Assembly: GCA_014376785.1 (NCBI GenBank)
Contig: JACMQW010000018.1
Location: 9,536 to 73,535 of the forward strand
Direction: 5' to 3'
Length of the DNA stretch: 64,000 nt
Origin: Oligoflexia bacterium
GTDB lineage: Bacteria; Bdellovibrionota; UBA1018
Shown: positions 16,605 through 27,149 of the stretch, in pieces
Layout: each line of letters begins with the position of its first letter
Numbering within the stretch: the first letter of the stretch is position 1
Notes under the pieces: generated by a model
Told to the model about the DNA's origin: nothing
Database searches by the model: none
The model's input: only the letters and a program-made list of their open reading frames with translations
Made by a program: the position numbers and the translations under genes

Positions 16605-18194
16605 ATGCGTAAATTTTTCATTTGTTCGGCGGTGACCATCCTGGTTTTGATAGGCATCAGTTCGTTCTTTGAGCCGCGAATTTTATGGACCTTAGTTTTT
16701 TTCGGTCCGCTCATTCTTTTGGGCGTCCAAGATATGCGCCAAACGCGGCACGCGATCCGCCGGAACTTTCCGCTGCTCGGGCATGGTCGATACTTCCTGG
16801 AGATGCTACGGCCAGAAATTAACCAATATTTCGTGGAATCTAATATTGACGGGAGACCGTTCAATCGAAACAAACGCTCAATGATCTATCAGCGTGCGAA
16901 GGGCGAAGTGGACACGCTACCGTTCGGCACGCAGCTGAATGTTTACGAAGAGGGCTACGAATGGATCAATCATTCGATCGTGCCGAAAACTCCGTCCCGC
17001 GAAGTGCCGCGAGTCCTGATCGGCGGACCCCTCTGTAAAAAGCCTTACTCAGCCTCGCTTTTTAATATTTCGGCAATGAGCTACGGATCGCTTTCTAAAA
17101 ATGCAGTGCTCGCACTGAATGAGGGGGCTCGACTCGGCGGATTCTATCACAATACCGGTGAGGGAGGACTGAGCTCATACCACCTCGAAAAAGGCGGAGA
17201 CATCTGCTGGCAAATTGGAACCGGTTACTTCGGATGTCGTGATGAAAAAGGGTCTTTTTCTTCAGAGAAATTCAAAGAGCGCGCTCACCTCGGGCAAGTA
17301 AAATTAATCGAAATCAAGCTTTCGCAGGGAGCCAAACCAGGACATGGCGGCATCCTTCCTGCGGGGAAAGTAACTCTGGAGATTTCGAAAATTCGAGGAG
17401 TTCCGATGGGGGAGGACGTGATTTCTCCGCCGGCCCATTCGGCCTTCTCGACTCCGATCGAACTCCTTCAGTTTGTACAAAGACTCAGAGAACTATCCGG
17501 CGGAAAACCGGTTGGCTTCAAGCTCTGTCTCGGTAAGAAAAGGGAGTTCATGGCGATATGCAAAGCCATGATCGAGACGAAAATTTTGCCTGATTTTATC
17601 ACGGTCGACGGGGCAGAAGGAGGAACGGGAGCCGCTCCGCAAGAGTTTTCGGATTCAGTCGGCACCCCTCTCAATGAAGCTTTGATTTACATTCATAATT
17701 GCTTAGTCGGACTCGGACTCCGCCAAGACATCCGAATCATTGTTTCGGGAAAAATTTCTACTGGATTCAATATCGCGCAAAAACTCGCGCTCGGTGCGGA
17801 CCTCTGCAACGCCGCTCGAGGAATGATGTTTGCGATCGGTTGTATCCAAGCCCTTCGTTGCAATACCAACGAATGCCCCACCGGTGTGGCCACTCAGAAT
17901 CCCGATCTGGTGAAGGGACTTGTCGTCGGAGATAAAGCACCCCGAGTCGCGCGGTATCATAAAACAACGCTTCATAGTTTTCTTGATGTACTGGGCGCGG
18001 CGGGTCTCAGCGAACCTTCGGAACTTCGCCCATGGCACATCCAACGGCGAGTCGATTCGGTGACTGTGAAGCATTACGGAGAAATTTATCGTTATGCCGA
18101 GCCAAACTCGATACTGAACGGTGAGATTGCATCGGAGTATTCCCGCGCCTGGTCTGCAGCTGCGGCTGATTCATTCACGTCTAAGAATTCCTGA
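16605..18194 (+). CDS. FMN-binding glutamate synthase family protein (GltB domain-2-like) with N-terminal TM helices
   Basis: Characteristic segments are KLSQGAKPGHGGILPAGKV, ISPPAHSAF and FITVDGAEGGTGAAPQEF. 529 aa. Confidence 0.8.
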   Translation: MRKFFICSAVTILVLIGISSFFEPRILWTLVFFGPLILLGVQDMRQTRHAIRRNFPLLGHGRYFLEMLRPEINQYFVESNIDGRPFNRNKRSMIYQRAKGEVDTLPFGTQLNVYEEGYEWINHSIVPKTPSREVPRVLIGGPLCKKPYSASLFNISAMSYGSLSKNAVLALNEGARLGGFYHNTGEGGLSSYHLEKGGDICWQIGTGYFGCRDEKGSFSSEKFKERAHLGQVKLIEIKLSQGAKPGHGGILPAGKVTLEISKIRGVPMGEDVISPPAHSAFSTPIELLQFVQRLRELSGGKPVGFKLCLGKKREFMAICKAMIETKILPDFITVDGAEGGTGAAPQEFSDSVGTPLNEALIYIHNCLVGLGLRQDIRIIVSGKISTGFNIAQKLALGADLCNAARGMMFAIGCIQALRCNTNECPTGVATQNPDLVKGLVVGDKAPRVARYHKTTLHSFLDVLGAAGLSEPSELRPWHIQRRVDSVTVKHYGEIYRYAEPNSILNGEIASEYSRAWSAAAADSFTSKNS

Positions 18195-18356
18195 AGCGGA
18201 GAACTTGATCATCCCTCCCGGACCGCGTATTCGAAGGGAAACACATTCTGAGTCGAAGGAAGTGGGTGAAAATCCCACACTGTCCCGCAACGGTGATGAG
18301 ACGACGCTCTCTCAGTCCGGTCTACGACAAAGAATTCATCCCGAGGAGGAATCGCT

Positions 18357-18869
18357 ATGACCACTGAGAGAGAAGTAGAGCCCGAGCCGAAATTAGAACC
18401 GATCCCTTCCGAGCCGCTCCGGATGGTGGAGATGGTTTTTCCAAATAACACGAATCATTACGGAACGCTTTTCGGAGGAAAAGTACTCGATCTGATGGAC
18501 CGAGCAGCATTTCTCGCGGCTACCCGATTTGCCCACCAGACGATGGTCACTGCCAGCACCGAGCACATTGATTTTTTCACGCCCGTGAAAAGTGGCCAAA
18601 TCGTGGAACTCGTCGCAAAGGTCGTTTTTACCGGTAAGACTTCACTTACCGTAAAGGTCGACCTTTTTTCGGAAGACGCCATCCGAAAAACCAGAGTGCA
18701 TGCGAGCCAGGGTTACTTTCACATGGTTGCCGTGAACGAAGAAGGCAAGCCAGTAAGAGTTCCAGAACTCACTCTCGAAAATGAGCATGACCGAGCCGAG
18801 TGGCAGGAAGTGAAAGCACTCCGGGAATTTAGAAAATCACGCACTCTCAAAAAAGGAAAATCGATATGA
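18357..18869 (+). CDS. Acyl-CoA thioesterase (hotdog fold, YciA-like)
   Basis: MVEMVFPNNTNHYGTLFGGKVLDLMDRAAFLAA matches the acyl-CoA hydrolase family. Confidence 0.8.
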   Translation: MTTEREVEPEPKLEPIPSEPLRMVEMVFPNNTNHYGTLFGGKVLDLMDRAAFLAATRFAHQTMVTASTEHIDFFTPVKSGQIVELVAKVVFTGKTSLTVKVDLFSEDAIRKTRVHASQGYFHMVAVNEEGKPVRVPELTLENEHDRAEWQEVKALREFRKSRTLKKGKSI

Positions 18870-19501
18870 AAACCGAAAATCAAGCACTGCATTGGCGATA
18901 TGCCACCAAAGGATTCAACCCAGAAAAGAAAGTGCCCGAAGAAAAATTAAAAGAGATTCTAGAGACGGCTCGCATGGCTCCGACCTCTTATGGCCTTCAG
19001 CCATTCCACGTGACCGTGGTTAAAGATCAGGCCTTAAGAGAGAAACTCAAGCCCTTCTCCTGGAACCAGGCGCAAATTACGGATTGTTCACACCTTGTTG
19101 TTTTCCAATCGCGAATCAGAATCGATGAAAAACTCGTGAATGACTACATCGAGCTCATTTCGAAAACGCGTGGCGTTCCAGTGGCAACCCTCGAAGGATT
19201 CAGAGGCATGATGCTTTCGACTGCGGCAAAGGAACCAGGTTCAGCTACTTCTCAGGAATGGGCAAAGCGCCAAGCCTACATCGCGATGGGGTTTCTCCTT
19301 CATTCGGCGGCGATGCACGAAGTAGATGCTTGCCCGATAGAAGGCATCGATGGGGCGGAATACGATCGCCTCCTGGGTGCGGATGCAAAAGGACTCCAGA
19401 CCGTCGTAGTCGTCGCGCTCGGACACCGAGCTGAAAGTGATGCTTATCAAAACTTGAAGAAGGTTCGCCAACCAGTCGAACAGTTTTTCTCGTTCGTTTA
19501 A
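18866..19501 (+). CDS. NAD(P)H nitroreductase family protein
   Basis: ARMAPTSYGLQPFHVTVVKDQALREKL is typical of nitroreductases. It overlaps the upstream stop by 4 bp. Confidence 0.8.
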   Translation: MKTENQALHWRYATKGFNPEKKVPEEKLKEILETARMAPTSYGLQPFHVTVVKDQALREKLKPFSWNQAQITDCSHLVVFQSRIRIDEKLVNDYIELISKTRGVPVATLEGFRGMMLSTAAKEPGSATSQEWAKRQAYIAMGFLLHSAAMHEVDACPIEGIDGAEYDRLLGADAKGLQTVVVVALGHRAESDAYQNLKKVRQPVEQFFSFV

Positions 19502-19525
19502 AAGTTTCAGCGAAAAGACCAAATG

Positions 19526-19573
19526 AAAAAGAGAGGGGGAAGCTGACTTTTCAGTTTCCCCCTCTCTTTTTCC
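19526..19573 (+). terminator. Rho-independent terminator after the nitroreductase gene
   Basis: AAAAAGAGAGGGGGAA-loop-TTCCCCCTCTCTTTTT is followed by TCC. Confidence 0.7.
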
Positions 19574-19875
19574 AAATGCTGGTGTTCTGCGGTTAAACCT
19601 TCGAACTTCAAAAGCTCGCTTTTCAAACCACCGCGATCGACTAGGTGACTTTCGGCTCACAGCCAAGGTCTGAATTTTTTCAAAATAAAATCACAGCGGC
19701 TTGATTCTTTAATCGTCATTTTTTAGTCCGAGGCGGACGAACTTGATTTGATCCAATTTTTTAATTAATAATTACAAGCACTTAGTTAAGATTTAAGCAG
19801 CCAATAAAATCTCTCATCTAAAGGGAGTATTGTGGACGAAAAGTTTAGGTGTCACGATAAAAGTGGGAACCTAAC

Positions 19876-21519
19876 ATGACGACTCGCCAATTTTCGCTCC
19901 GCTCGAAACTTTTAGCCGCTTTTAGCGTCCAGCTTTTCTTCCAACTGGCTCTGGGAACGATCGGTCTCGTCTCTCTCAATCGGGTGGTTCAGAACTACAA
20001 TCACGTGCTGGATGTGAATATGCAGAAGGATGAGCTCCTCGCAAACTTTCGACTTCTGCAGAAGGATGTCGTGATCGCGGTGAAAAGCGTAAAAGGTGCA
20101 TTGGGAAATTCTGAAGCGCTCAGTGGGCTAGAGAAAGCGGTTCAAGCAGCCGAAACGGAATTTTCCGTTGGAGCTGCAGAATTCAAGAAATTACCTTCGA
20201 GCGAATTCGAAGAAAAGACCTGGCTCGAAATTGAAAAAAGTTGGCAGGATCTGGTTGCCTTAGGCAACACCATGATCATCGAGGGGCGAAAAGCTTCACT
20301 CGATGATGGGCGCGCATTAGATCAGCTCTTCAATGTAGATTTCGAAGCACGTCGAAAAAATTTACGGACGCCGCTGGAAGCTTTGAGAGATTACGAAGCA
20401 AAAGACTCTGAAGAATGGGGAAGCTCAGCTGAGCAAACCGCAGAAAAAGCTCGAAAAATCATGTTTGCTGCTCTCTTCTGTGGCCTCGTTTTCGGAGCGA
20501 TCGCCGGAATCTACAATACCAAATCGGTTCATTCACTTCTCATCAGAATTGCGAACGCTCTCCAAAGCAATACCGATGCGGTCGATACCGTCGCTGAAGA
20601 AATTTCACACTCGAGTGGAGATCTTGCATCGAGCGCTAACCGGCAGTCCTCCGCCCTCCACCAAACGGCCGCCGCAGTGGAACAAATCACTTCGATGATT
20701 GGAAAGACGGTGAGCAACGCTTCAGACTGTCAAATTTTATCCGAAAAAAGTGCGCAAACCGTCGAAAGTGGCCAACACGCTTTAACGTTATTGCTGGAAG
20801 CCATTCGTGAAATTGACTCCAGTAATGCTGAAATTAATCTTCAGATCCAATCCAGCAATCACGAGTTTGCAAACATTGTGAAACTCATTGGTGAGATTGC
20901 GGCAAAAACGCAGGTGATTAACGACATCGTTTTTCAAACAAAACTCCTCTCTTTTAATGCTTCGGTCGAAGCTGCCCGTGCCGGCGAACATGGGAAGGGC
21001 TTTGCGGTGGTCGCAGAGGAGGTCGGAAAACTTGCTAGCATGAGTGGGTTTGCGGCGGATGAAATCTCAAAAGTTCTTGAAGAAAACCTTCAAAAAGCAG
21101 AATCAGTCACAAAAGACGCCACCTCTCGCGGCGAACGTCTCACGAAAGCAAGTCAGACGAAAATCGCGGTAGGGTTAAAGCTTGCGTCCGAATGCGATGA
21201 GAGCTTTCGGTCCATCGTATCAGGGACCGAAGATGTGAAGTCTTTGGTTTCAGAAATTACGGCTGCGTCCTCTGAACAAATGAACGGGGTGGGCGAAGTT
21301 TCGAAAGCGGTCAGTGATCTCAGTGCTTCAGCGCAGGGGAATAGCGATATTTCGCACTCCACTGCGAGCGCGGCAAAGGACCTTCACGCTCGAGCCGCAA
21401 ACCTTTCTGCAGTCGTTCGTGAGCTTTTCCTAGCTCTTCATGGTCAATCGAGCCAGACGGCGCCTGCGAATGAGAGTTCGTTGAGCTCTGAGCACGTGAG
21501 TTCTCTCAGTGTGGGGTAG
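19876..21519 (+). CDS. Methyl-accepting chemotaxis protein
   Basis: An N-terminal TM is followed by a periplasmic 4HB-like domain, a second TM and then the signaling domain with [29 protein letters not shown]. 547 aa. Confidence 0.9.
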   Translation: MTTRQFSLRSKLLAAFSVQLFFQLALGTIGLVSLNRVVQNYNHVLDVNMQKDELLANFRLLQKDVVIAVKSVKGALGNSEALSGLEKAVQAAETEFSVGAAEFKKLPSSEFEEKTWLEIEKSWQDLVALGNTMIIEGRKASLDDGRALDQLFNVDFEARRKNLRTPLEALRDYEAKDSEEWGSSAEQTAEKARKIMFAALFCGLVFGAIAGIYNTKSVHSLLIRIANALQSNTDAVDTVAEEISHSSGDLASSANRQSSALHQTAAAVEQITSMIGKTVSNASDCQILSEKSAQTVESGQHALTLLLEAIREIDSSNAEINLQIQSSNHEFANIVKLIGEIAAKTQVINDIVFQTKLLSFNASVEAARAGEHGKGFAVVAEEVGKLASMSGFAADEISKVLEENLQKAESVTKDATSRGERLTKASQTKIAVGLKLASECDESFRSIVSGTEDVKSLVSEITAASSEQMNGVGEVSKAVSDLSASAQGNSDISHSTASAAKDLHARAANLSAVVRELFLALHGQSSQTAPANESSLSSEHVSSLSVG

Positions 21520-22699
21520 TCAGTGTCGCACAGTTCGAAGTCGTCTCAGCTGGGAACCAAAGTTGCATTTTCGCAAGAAAATCGGCCCCGGTGGTGGACG
21601 AACAATTCCCTCCACAATGACCGTCTTTACTCTTTAGGTAGAGGCGAGAGCTGGAAGCTGACCCGGTGGACACCAGTCCTTTTGCGATAGCGTAAGCCGT
21701 GCTGAGCGTACTGTTTCCGAACTGAGGTCTGCTTCCGGTCGTGTGACAGCTCGCGCAGAGATTTTTTGCGAGCGGCCACACGGTGGCTGCGTAAGCGTTT
21801 TGTTTTTCAGTGTTCGAACACGCCACCATCGCGGGTGCGGGCACAGAGCTCGGAACTGGACTTGGAACTGATGTCGAAACAGGCGCCGGAACGGTGCTCG
21901 GAGCAGGGGGTGTCACGACTGCGGCCACACCCACTTGAAGTTCAAACCCGAGAGCGTAACCGCTCACAATCCCGCTGATTCGAAAATCTCCGGCCGTATC
22001 ACGCATCACATAAAGTGGTTTCGATCCGGTTATTTTAGAGAGCGTGAGAGTGTTAGCTGCGACTCGACAACTGGAATCTGAGAAAGTTCCAGAACCCGTA
22101 AGTGCGACGATCAAATCTCGGGGTGGCAGGGTGGCGATTCCATTAGCAGCGTAAACAACCTCGTAGCTCACGCAGGCATTCGCCGTCTGCATGACGGATG
22201 CGACTTGTTGGAGCGCGCTCCCATTCAGTCTCAGCTGTGCTCCGCTTGTGGGCACGCCTCCGGCTGAACCTGGGCAGCTGGTCGAGATGCTCTCCGCACT
22301 CATCCAAGTCGTCAATCCGGTCATCAGTGCAGAGCCATCTCTTTGGCACACCGGGCTTCCACAGTGACCATCCTTCGCGTGCATGTAGATGAGAGAAGTG
22401 TCGAGGCTCGCGGAATTCACGAGAGTTTTGGTTGCTGCATAAGCCGTCGAAGGATCCGCGACCGCGAAAGTCGGCGCGGTTCCCGCACCGTGGCAACCTG
22501 CGCAGTTTGTTTTCAAGTACGGATAGACGGCGGTTTGGAAGGTGGCGAAACCATTCGGGCAGCCCGCGTCCTGGGCGTGTACGATACCGTAACTCGCGAG
22601 CGGCGCATTCTGCACTTTATCGAGTCCGTAACATCCCGTCAGAACATTCAGGACGATGAAAGTGAAGGTAATTTTTCTGCCGTTTTGAGTCTTTCCCAT
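21506..22699 (-). CDS. Lipoprotein with two CxxCH heme-binding repeat domains (Planctomycete-type cytochrome c-like, PSCyt1-like)
   Basis: The lipobox is LTGC. The internal duplication is [16 protein letters not shown]...[10 protein letters not shown] and [16 protein letters not shown]...[37 protein letters not shown] linker separates them. Confidence 0.55.
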   Translation of the reverse strand: MGKTQNGRKITFTFIVLNVLTGCYGLDKVQNAPLASYGIVHAQDAGCPNGFATFQTAVYPYLKTNCAGCHGAGTAPTFAVADPSTAYAATKTLVNSASLDTSLIYMHAKDGHCGSPVCQRDGSALMTGLTTWMSAESISTSCPGSAGGVPTSGAQLRLNGSALQQVASVMQTANACVSYEVVYAANGIATLPPRDLIVALTGSGTFSDSSCRVAANTLTLSKITGSKPLYVMRDTAGDFRISGIVSGYALGFELQVGVAAVVTPPAPSTVPAPVSTSVPSPVPSSVPAPAMVACSNTEKQNAYAATVWPLAKNLCASCHTTGSRPQFGNSTLSTAYAIAKGLVSTGSASSSRLYLKSKDGHCGGNCSSTTGADFLAKMQLWFPAETTSNCATLTTPH

Positions 22700-22873
22700 G
22701 ATGAGTCACCCCTAAAGTCTTTCTATTTAACCACGGGGTTGATGAAGCAGGAAGATGGGTCTCGGGAGACTTTCTTGCCAACGCGATCGAACCAAATCTG
22801 CAGTAAAATCTATCTCCGGGCTGACTCATTAATCGTTGTTTATTCAGCGAAATAACGTGCGATTATTCTTTGG

Positions 22874-24133
22874 GTGGGCACACGCAACTTCAAACTCTTG
22901 ATCGTCTTTTTCTTATTCTTTTCCGCCGTAACCACTCAAGCGGAATGTCGCAATGTGGATTTGAACCGAGAGAGTCCTTTAAAGGAAATGCCGGTGCTTG
23001 ATCAGGATGGGACGGGGACCTGTTATGCCCAGGTAGCAGCCCAACTGATCAACTTCAAGCTCAAGACCAACCGATCGAATTTCCAGGTGTCGTCGATCGA
23101 TCTGGCTTTGGTCGGCGCCACTTCTTCGCGTTTTTTCGACAGGGACTCGCTAACGGCTGGTCAGGTGGCTCCTCTCATAGAAGCAGCCGGGAAATATGGA
23201 GTTGCTTCGAAAGCTTGTGTGGACTCTGAAATCAAACGATTCCACCAAGACGCGGGACTCTCCACCGAACAGTTTACGGCGATTCTCGAATCGATGAATG
23301 AAAGTTCATCCTATTTTTTAACTCGAGCTGCCGAAAGACGCTTGGCCGAGTTCGACATCAGCCAAAATCCTGATATTTCAAGCTGCCGTTACAAGGCCAC
23401 TCTCGATGTCCTCGATCGGCGCGGCCTCTGGGGAAGTTCGGTAACTGAAGTTTTGAATCAGGTCCTCTACCGTTGTCGAAGCGAGAGAAAGAAAATTTCA
23501 AATTTAGATTATGACTCGCTGACTATTGGAACAGACGCCGAGATGATGAATGAAGTGGATAGGATACTCGATCGGAAGATTCCAGTCAGTGCCGGCTTAT
23601 GTGCGCCGATTTTACTCGAGTCTAAAGAGTATTCGGGACTGGCTGGAAAGTCTCCGCCTTTGGACCGGGGTTCGCTTGATAATTTCACCAAAGAAAAATG
23701 CGAGCCTCACCAAACCCTGATCGTTGGCAGAAATCAGTTTTCGGATGGTAGTTGTCGGTATTTGGTACGGAATTCCTGGGGAGGAGCGTGGAAAACCGAC
23801 GGTTTAACCTGCGCTTGCAAGACGAGCGATGGCGTCTACCACTCAGACTGCAAATCTGCGGAGAGTGGCATAAAAGTAAAAGAGAAACAGATTTCGGAGC
23901 GGATTTCAGAATCGAATCGGCTAAGCGATCGCTATGAAGCGCTGAAAATCCGCCATCCCGAAGAAGCAAAGAAAGTTCTAAGGGAAAGTAAGATCCAAAA
24001 AATGAAGTTTAATATTGATTTAGATGAGCTTAAAAAATTGCGAGAGGAATACGAACAACGGGCATATGTCGGTTGTTGGATCGATTCTAAAAATCTGAAG
24101 AAAAATGTTTTTCACGTGGGCTCACTGAAGTGA
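22874..24133 (+). CDS. Secreted papain-like (C1 family) cysteine protease with C-terminal coiled-coil extension
   Basis: GTG start and a signal peptide ending TTQA. The catalytic Cys context is DQDGTGTCYAQVAAQ. A His-containing HQTLIVG and VRNSWGGAWKTDG (the NSWG motif) follow. The last ~100 aa are charged (KVKEKQISERISESNRLSDRYEALK...). Confidence 0.65.
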   Translation: MGTRNFKLLIVFFLFFSAVTTQAECRNVDLNRESPLKEMPVLDQDGTGTCYAQVAAQLINFKLKTNRSNFQVSSIDLALVGATSSRFFDRDSLTAGQVAPLIEAAGKYGVASKACVDSEIKRFHQDAGLSTEQFTAILESMNESSSYFLTRAAERRLAEFDISQNPDISSCRYKATLDVLDRRGLWGSSVTEVLNQVLYRCRSERKKISNLDYDSLTIGTDAEMMNEVDRILDRKIPVSAGLCAPILLESKEYSGLAGKSPPLDRGSLDNFTKEKCEPHQTLIVGRNQFSDGSCRYLVRNSWGGAWKTDGLTCACKTSDGVYHSDCKSAESGIKVKEKQISERISESNRLSDRYEALKIRHPEEAKKVLRESKIQKMKFNIDLDELKKLREEYEQRAYVGCWIDSKNLKKNVFHVGSLK

Positions 24134-24534
24134 TCGGAAAAATCATGAGAGGCGCAGTTTTCACACTTTTGTTTTTGGGCTTCGCAGGGGCAGCAGAGTC
24201 TGTTGGCTTACCTAAGTGTGAGCAGCCGTTCGTTGCTTTCTTGGAATCTGGGGAGAAGGTTCGCTTCTGTGATTTTGAAAGTCTGATGGTCTCAGAAAGT
24301 TGCATCCGAGATGTTGCTGCTTGTCGCGAACTCGTTGCCCTGAAAAAAAATCTCTCTAAAATAAAAGAAACGTTTCGATCCGGGGAATATGCGGCAAAGC
24401 GAAATCCGGGTTCGAAGATTTGCGACCTCCTCGGCTGGAAGGTGGATATGGCAACGGGTTACGATGAGAGCCAGATTTGCGTCTGTGTGGCGCCATTAGG
24501 ACTTCGAGTAATTTGTAGTTCGATGCTTCCCTGA
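24130..24534 (+). CDS. Small secreted Cys-rich protein overlapping the C1 protease stop (possible cognate inhibitor/chaperone)
   Basis: GTG at 24130 overlaps TGA (GTGA). An alternative ATG lies at 24145. The signal is MRGAVFTLLFLGFAGAA. 8 Cys in ~115 aa. Confidence 0.45.
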   Translation: MIGKIMRGAVFTLLFLGFAGAAESVGLPKCEQPFVAFLESGEKVRFCDFESLMVSESCIRDVAACRELVALKKNLSKIKETFRSGEYAAKRNPGSKICDLLGWKVDMATGYDESQICVCVAPLGLRVICSSMLP

Positions 24535-24678
24535 TGTGTGGATGCTTAGTTAGCCAAACTCGTTGTTTCCGGGAATGAACGTCTCTTAGAGTTTCACGCC
24601 GAAAATTATTGGAGCCGTGATCTTTGAGGTGAAGGTGTATTGATTTTCAATCGATGCCTTTTCCAATATTGTTTTCAT

Positions 24679-25965
24679 ATGAAAATGAAGTCCCAAATTT
24701 GCTTTGGAATCATTCTGAATTCCGTCGCTTTTCCATTTTTATCCTGGGCATCCGACCCATTAAGAATCCAATCGCCAGAGGTAGGGGATTGCGCAATGAT
24801 AGCCGGGCCCGCTAATCTGCTCCAGCAGCCGGATGGAAAAATTTTTAAGTCCCTGCCGGACTCTAATCGATTCAGAATCGTAAAACAGGAAAGTCCCTGG
24901 ATTAAAATTGAATCCAGAACGAACGACAATGCCCATTTTTGCTCTAACGATGATCAGGAAACGGATGGACCCGAAGAATCAATCAGTGGTTGGATTCATG
25001 CAAAAAGTATTAAGAAGCTGACAACCAGCCAGCTATTCAAAGAGTTTCCCCGAGCTCTCAGCTTACGTCTTGAACGGGACTTGAGAAGCTCAGAGCCGAT
25101 GTGGACTGCTGTAGTGGACAAAAAGGAATGCGAATGTTTCCGCAGTTCTTCAAGCTATGGGCCGAGTTCAGAATCCTCGAATAAGGTTTACACTCGTTCG
25201 ACGAAATTGAGCGGGCTTTGCAAAAGCACCACAGATTTTGTTTTCTGTCAGGACACTCACCTGCTTCCGGCACAAGTCTGGGCTTCTACTCTTTGTCCAA
25301 GAGCTTGCCTCAAATTGAGCGATGCTCCGTTGCTCGCACTCGAGAAAAAAATTCAGCGACTAGAACTTTTAAGTCGATCAGCAAGAGGAGATTACAAATT
25401 AAAAGTATCGCCATTTACTTGGAAAACTCTCGAGCGAGAGTATCCGAATTGGCTGGCCGCGAATTACACGACTTTTGGATATTCGCTAAATGAGAAGCTT
25501 CAACGTGCGATGTATGATCGGATATTTGACCTGGAACTGGCGACATTTTTTCATCGGGGAGAGATTAGCTTCCGGGGCAAAAAGCGAAATGTTGAGATCG
25601 TAATTTTTTTTGAGACGACGAAAGATTTCATCGCAGAGAACCCCAGTTGGATCGCGACAGATGTTGGGTCTAGCGAGTTACTTTGGAAAGAAAAATTGCA
25701 TCTGGAATCAAGAGGTTTCATGAAGGGAAAAGCCCCTCAGTTCTGTATCTTTCCCGAGACGAAAAGTTCTGAACACCCTGACTTCCTAGTCTACGTTCAG
25801 AACCAGATGGGCGACGGATGGTCGGATTTAGGACTGATCACCACGGATGCGGTAGGTAAAATTCAGAATGTTGACAAGAGTACTGCAGAGGACAAGCTAC
25901 TCAGCGGTTCTTTGGGGAATTGGATTCATTTGATCGATCAATGTAAGCTTTTTGTTACTCAGTAG
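24679..25965 (+). CDS. Secreted hypothetical protein
   Basis: ATG at 24679 (MKMKSQICFGIILNSVAFPFLSWA, signal peptide). 429 aa, Cys-rich, with no recognisable catalytic motif. Confidence 0.5.
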   Translation: MKMKSQICFGIILNSVAFPFLSWASDPLRIQSPEVGDCAMIAGPANLLQQPDGKIFKSLPDSNRFRIVKQESPWIKIESRTNDNAHFCSNDDQETDGPEESISGWIHAKSIKKLTTSQLFKEFPRALSLRLERDLRSSEPMWTAVVDKKECECFRSSSSYGPSSESSNKVYTRSTKLSGLCKSTTDFVFCQDTHLLPAQVWASTLCPRACLKLSDAPLLALEKKIQRLELLSRSARGDYKLKVSPFTWKTLEREYPNWLAANYTTFGYSLNEKLQRAMYDRIFDLELATFFHRGEISFRGKKRNVEIVIFFETTKDFIAENPSWIATDVGSSELLWKEKLHLESRGFMKGKAPQFCIFPETKSSEHPDFLVYVQNQMGDGWSDLGLITTDAVGKIQNVDKSTAEDKLLSGSLGNWIHLIDQCKLFVTQ

Positions 25966-26013
25966 AATTTGACCGGTATTTCGATTGCTCCCCGATCCTC
26001 TGATCTTGCCTTT

Positions 26014-26226
26014 TTAACCGCGTTTCTTCATTCGGCCCCAAATGGAGAGGAGACAGAGGAGCGTCCCCATCGCTGCGGGCTTTAAAGCGATCAGGGATTC
26101 AAAGCTGAAAACAAACGAAAGAATGTAAACCAAGACCGCCATCCCAAGGAAAGTGAGTCCCAGGTAGACGAGTCGTGGGTCGTCGAGTGTTCGAATCTTT
26201 TTCATAGATCGCCAGATGTTTCTCAA
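26014..26226 (-). CDS. Small two-TM membrane protein (hypothetical)
   Basis: 70 aa with two hydrophobic segments. No homology recognised. Confidence 0.3.
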   Translation of the reverse strand: MRNIWRSMKKIRTLDDPRLVYLGLTFLGMAVLVYILSFVFSFESLIALKPAAMGTLLCLLSIWGRMKKRG

Positions 26227-26341
26227 AGTTGGAGCCCGGGATTGGCCATCACTCCCTCAAACCTGCGCGCCCTACCGTGCCAGATCCCGGTCAAAAAATC
26301 GCGTCCAGTCCCGCGCAAGACTTCGCTCATCCATCGTCCCG

Positions 26342-26443
26342 CTTTCAAAAGCCTAAAAAAGAGTTCCGCAGCGACCGAGCAGTTGACCGCAGAGAACCAT
26401 TCCCGAACGCGAGGACTATTTGATTTTTTAGGCTTTTGAAAGG
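26342..26443. repeat. Inverted-repeat element (20-bp arms, 62-bp spacer) immediately 3' of tRNA-Leu
   Basis: Left arm 26342-26361 is GCTTTCAAAAGCCTAAAAAA (with an outer G/C mismatch) and right arm 26424-26443 is TTTTTTAGGCTTTTGAAAGG. The architecture parallels the 9954-10080 element. Confidence 0.5.
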
Positions 26444-26464
26444 GGGATGATGGATGAAGGAAAA

Positions 26465-26549
26465 TGGTGCCCGGGACTGGACTCGAACCAGCATGCTGTT
26501 AGGCGCTCGCCCCTGAAACGAGTGTGTCTACCAATTCCACCACCCGGGC
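26465..26549 (-). tRNA. tRNA-Leu (anticodon CAG), class II with long variable arm, CCA encoded
   Basis: The reverse complement is GCCCGGG-TG-GTGGAATTGGTAGACAC-A-CTCGT-TTCAGGG-GCGAG-CGCCTAACAGCAT-GCTGGTTCGAGTCCAGT-CCCGGGC-A-CCA. It has a perfect 7-bp acceptor stem, the anticodon loop has U33 with anticodon CAG and G37, and a TTCGA T-loop. Confidence 0.85.
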
Positions 26550-26621
26550 ACATCAGAGAGTTCCCGTGTTAACGAATTCAGCGGGCCTCTGTCAACTGGC
26601 TTGTGGACCGGCATCCTACCC

Positions 26622-27149
26622 TTAATTGGCTATCAGGAGCGACGAAATGCTCTTCTTACAGGTCGAGGGAAGGATGAAAGAGGTCCCGACGGGGGCCAGG
26701 GAATTTGCCGTGGTGCCGTAATTGAAAAGTTCCACGGTGTTCATGCTGGGGTGCACGCTGGCGACTAAGATGCGTCCGTCATCCATTACGGTGAGCGCTG
26801 AAATGCCCGCCACCACACTCGGGTCGTTATAGACATGAACTCCGTTCGTGATCGCGGTCGCTGACACGTCGTAACTGTAGATCGAATGAACCGGGACAAT
26901 ACTATTTGAGTAAGCCACGAAGAGTTTTCCCGACGAGTGCAGAAGCATGGCCGTCGGGAAAGGGTTCACCGTCGGAGTGGAAATGGCATTCACACAATCA
27001 GTGCTAACGGAGTAACCCGTCTTTTTTACGATTCCGATTCGATTCTGGGCGGCGGCGGCGTGGGCAAAAAGAATGTCTCGATTCGCTTTCTGGCTAATAG
27101 CGGAACTAAGCGTCGTCGATGTCGCGCAAGGTCCTGCGGGTGCATTCAC
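26622..27149 (-). pseudogene. Fragment of a YVTN/lactonase-type beta-propeller repeat protein, with no proper start
   Basis: Repeat-like segments are GKLFVAYSNSIVPVHSIYSYDV and DGRILVASVHPSMNTVELFNYGT. The ORF begins at an internal GTG right after an in-frame TAG. It is only 175 aa and sits between the tRNA and the IS remnant. Confidence 0.4.

Noticed and set aside
26229-26439. Two overlapping approximately 65-aa plus-strand ORFs next to tRNA-Leu
   Set aside because: They are superimposed on the 20-bp-armed inverted repeat element. The basic, low-complexity translations are typical of spurious ORFs in structured DNA.
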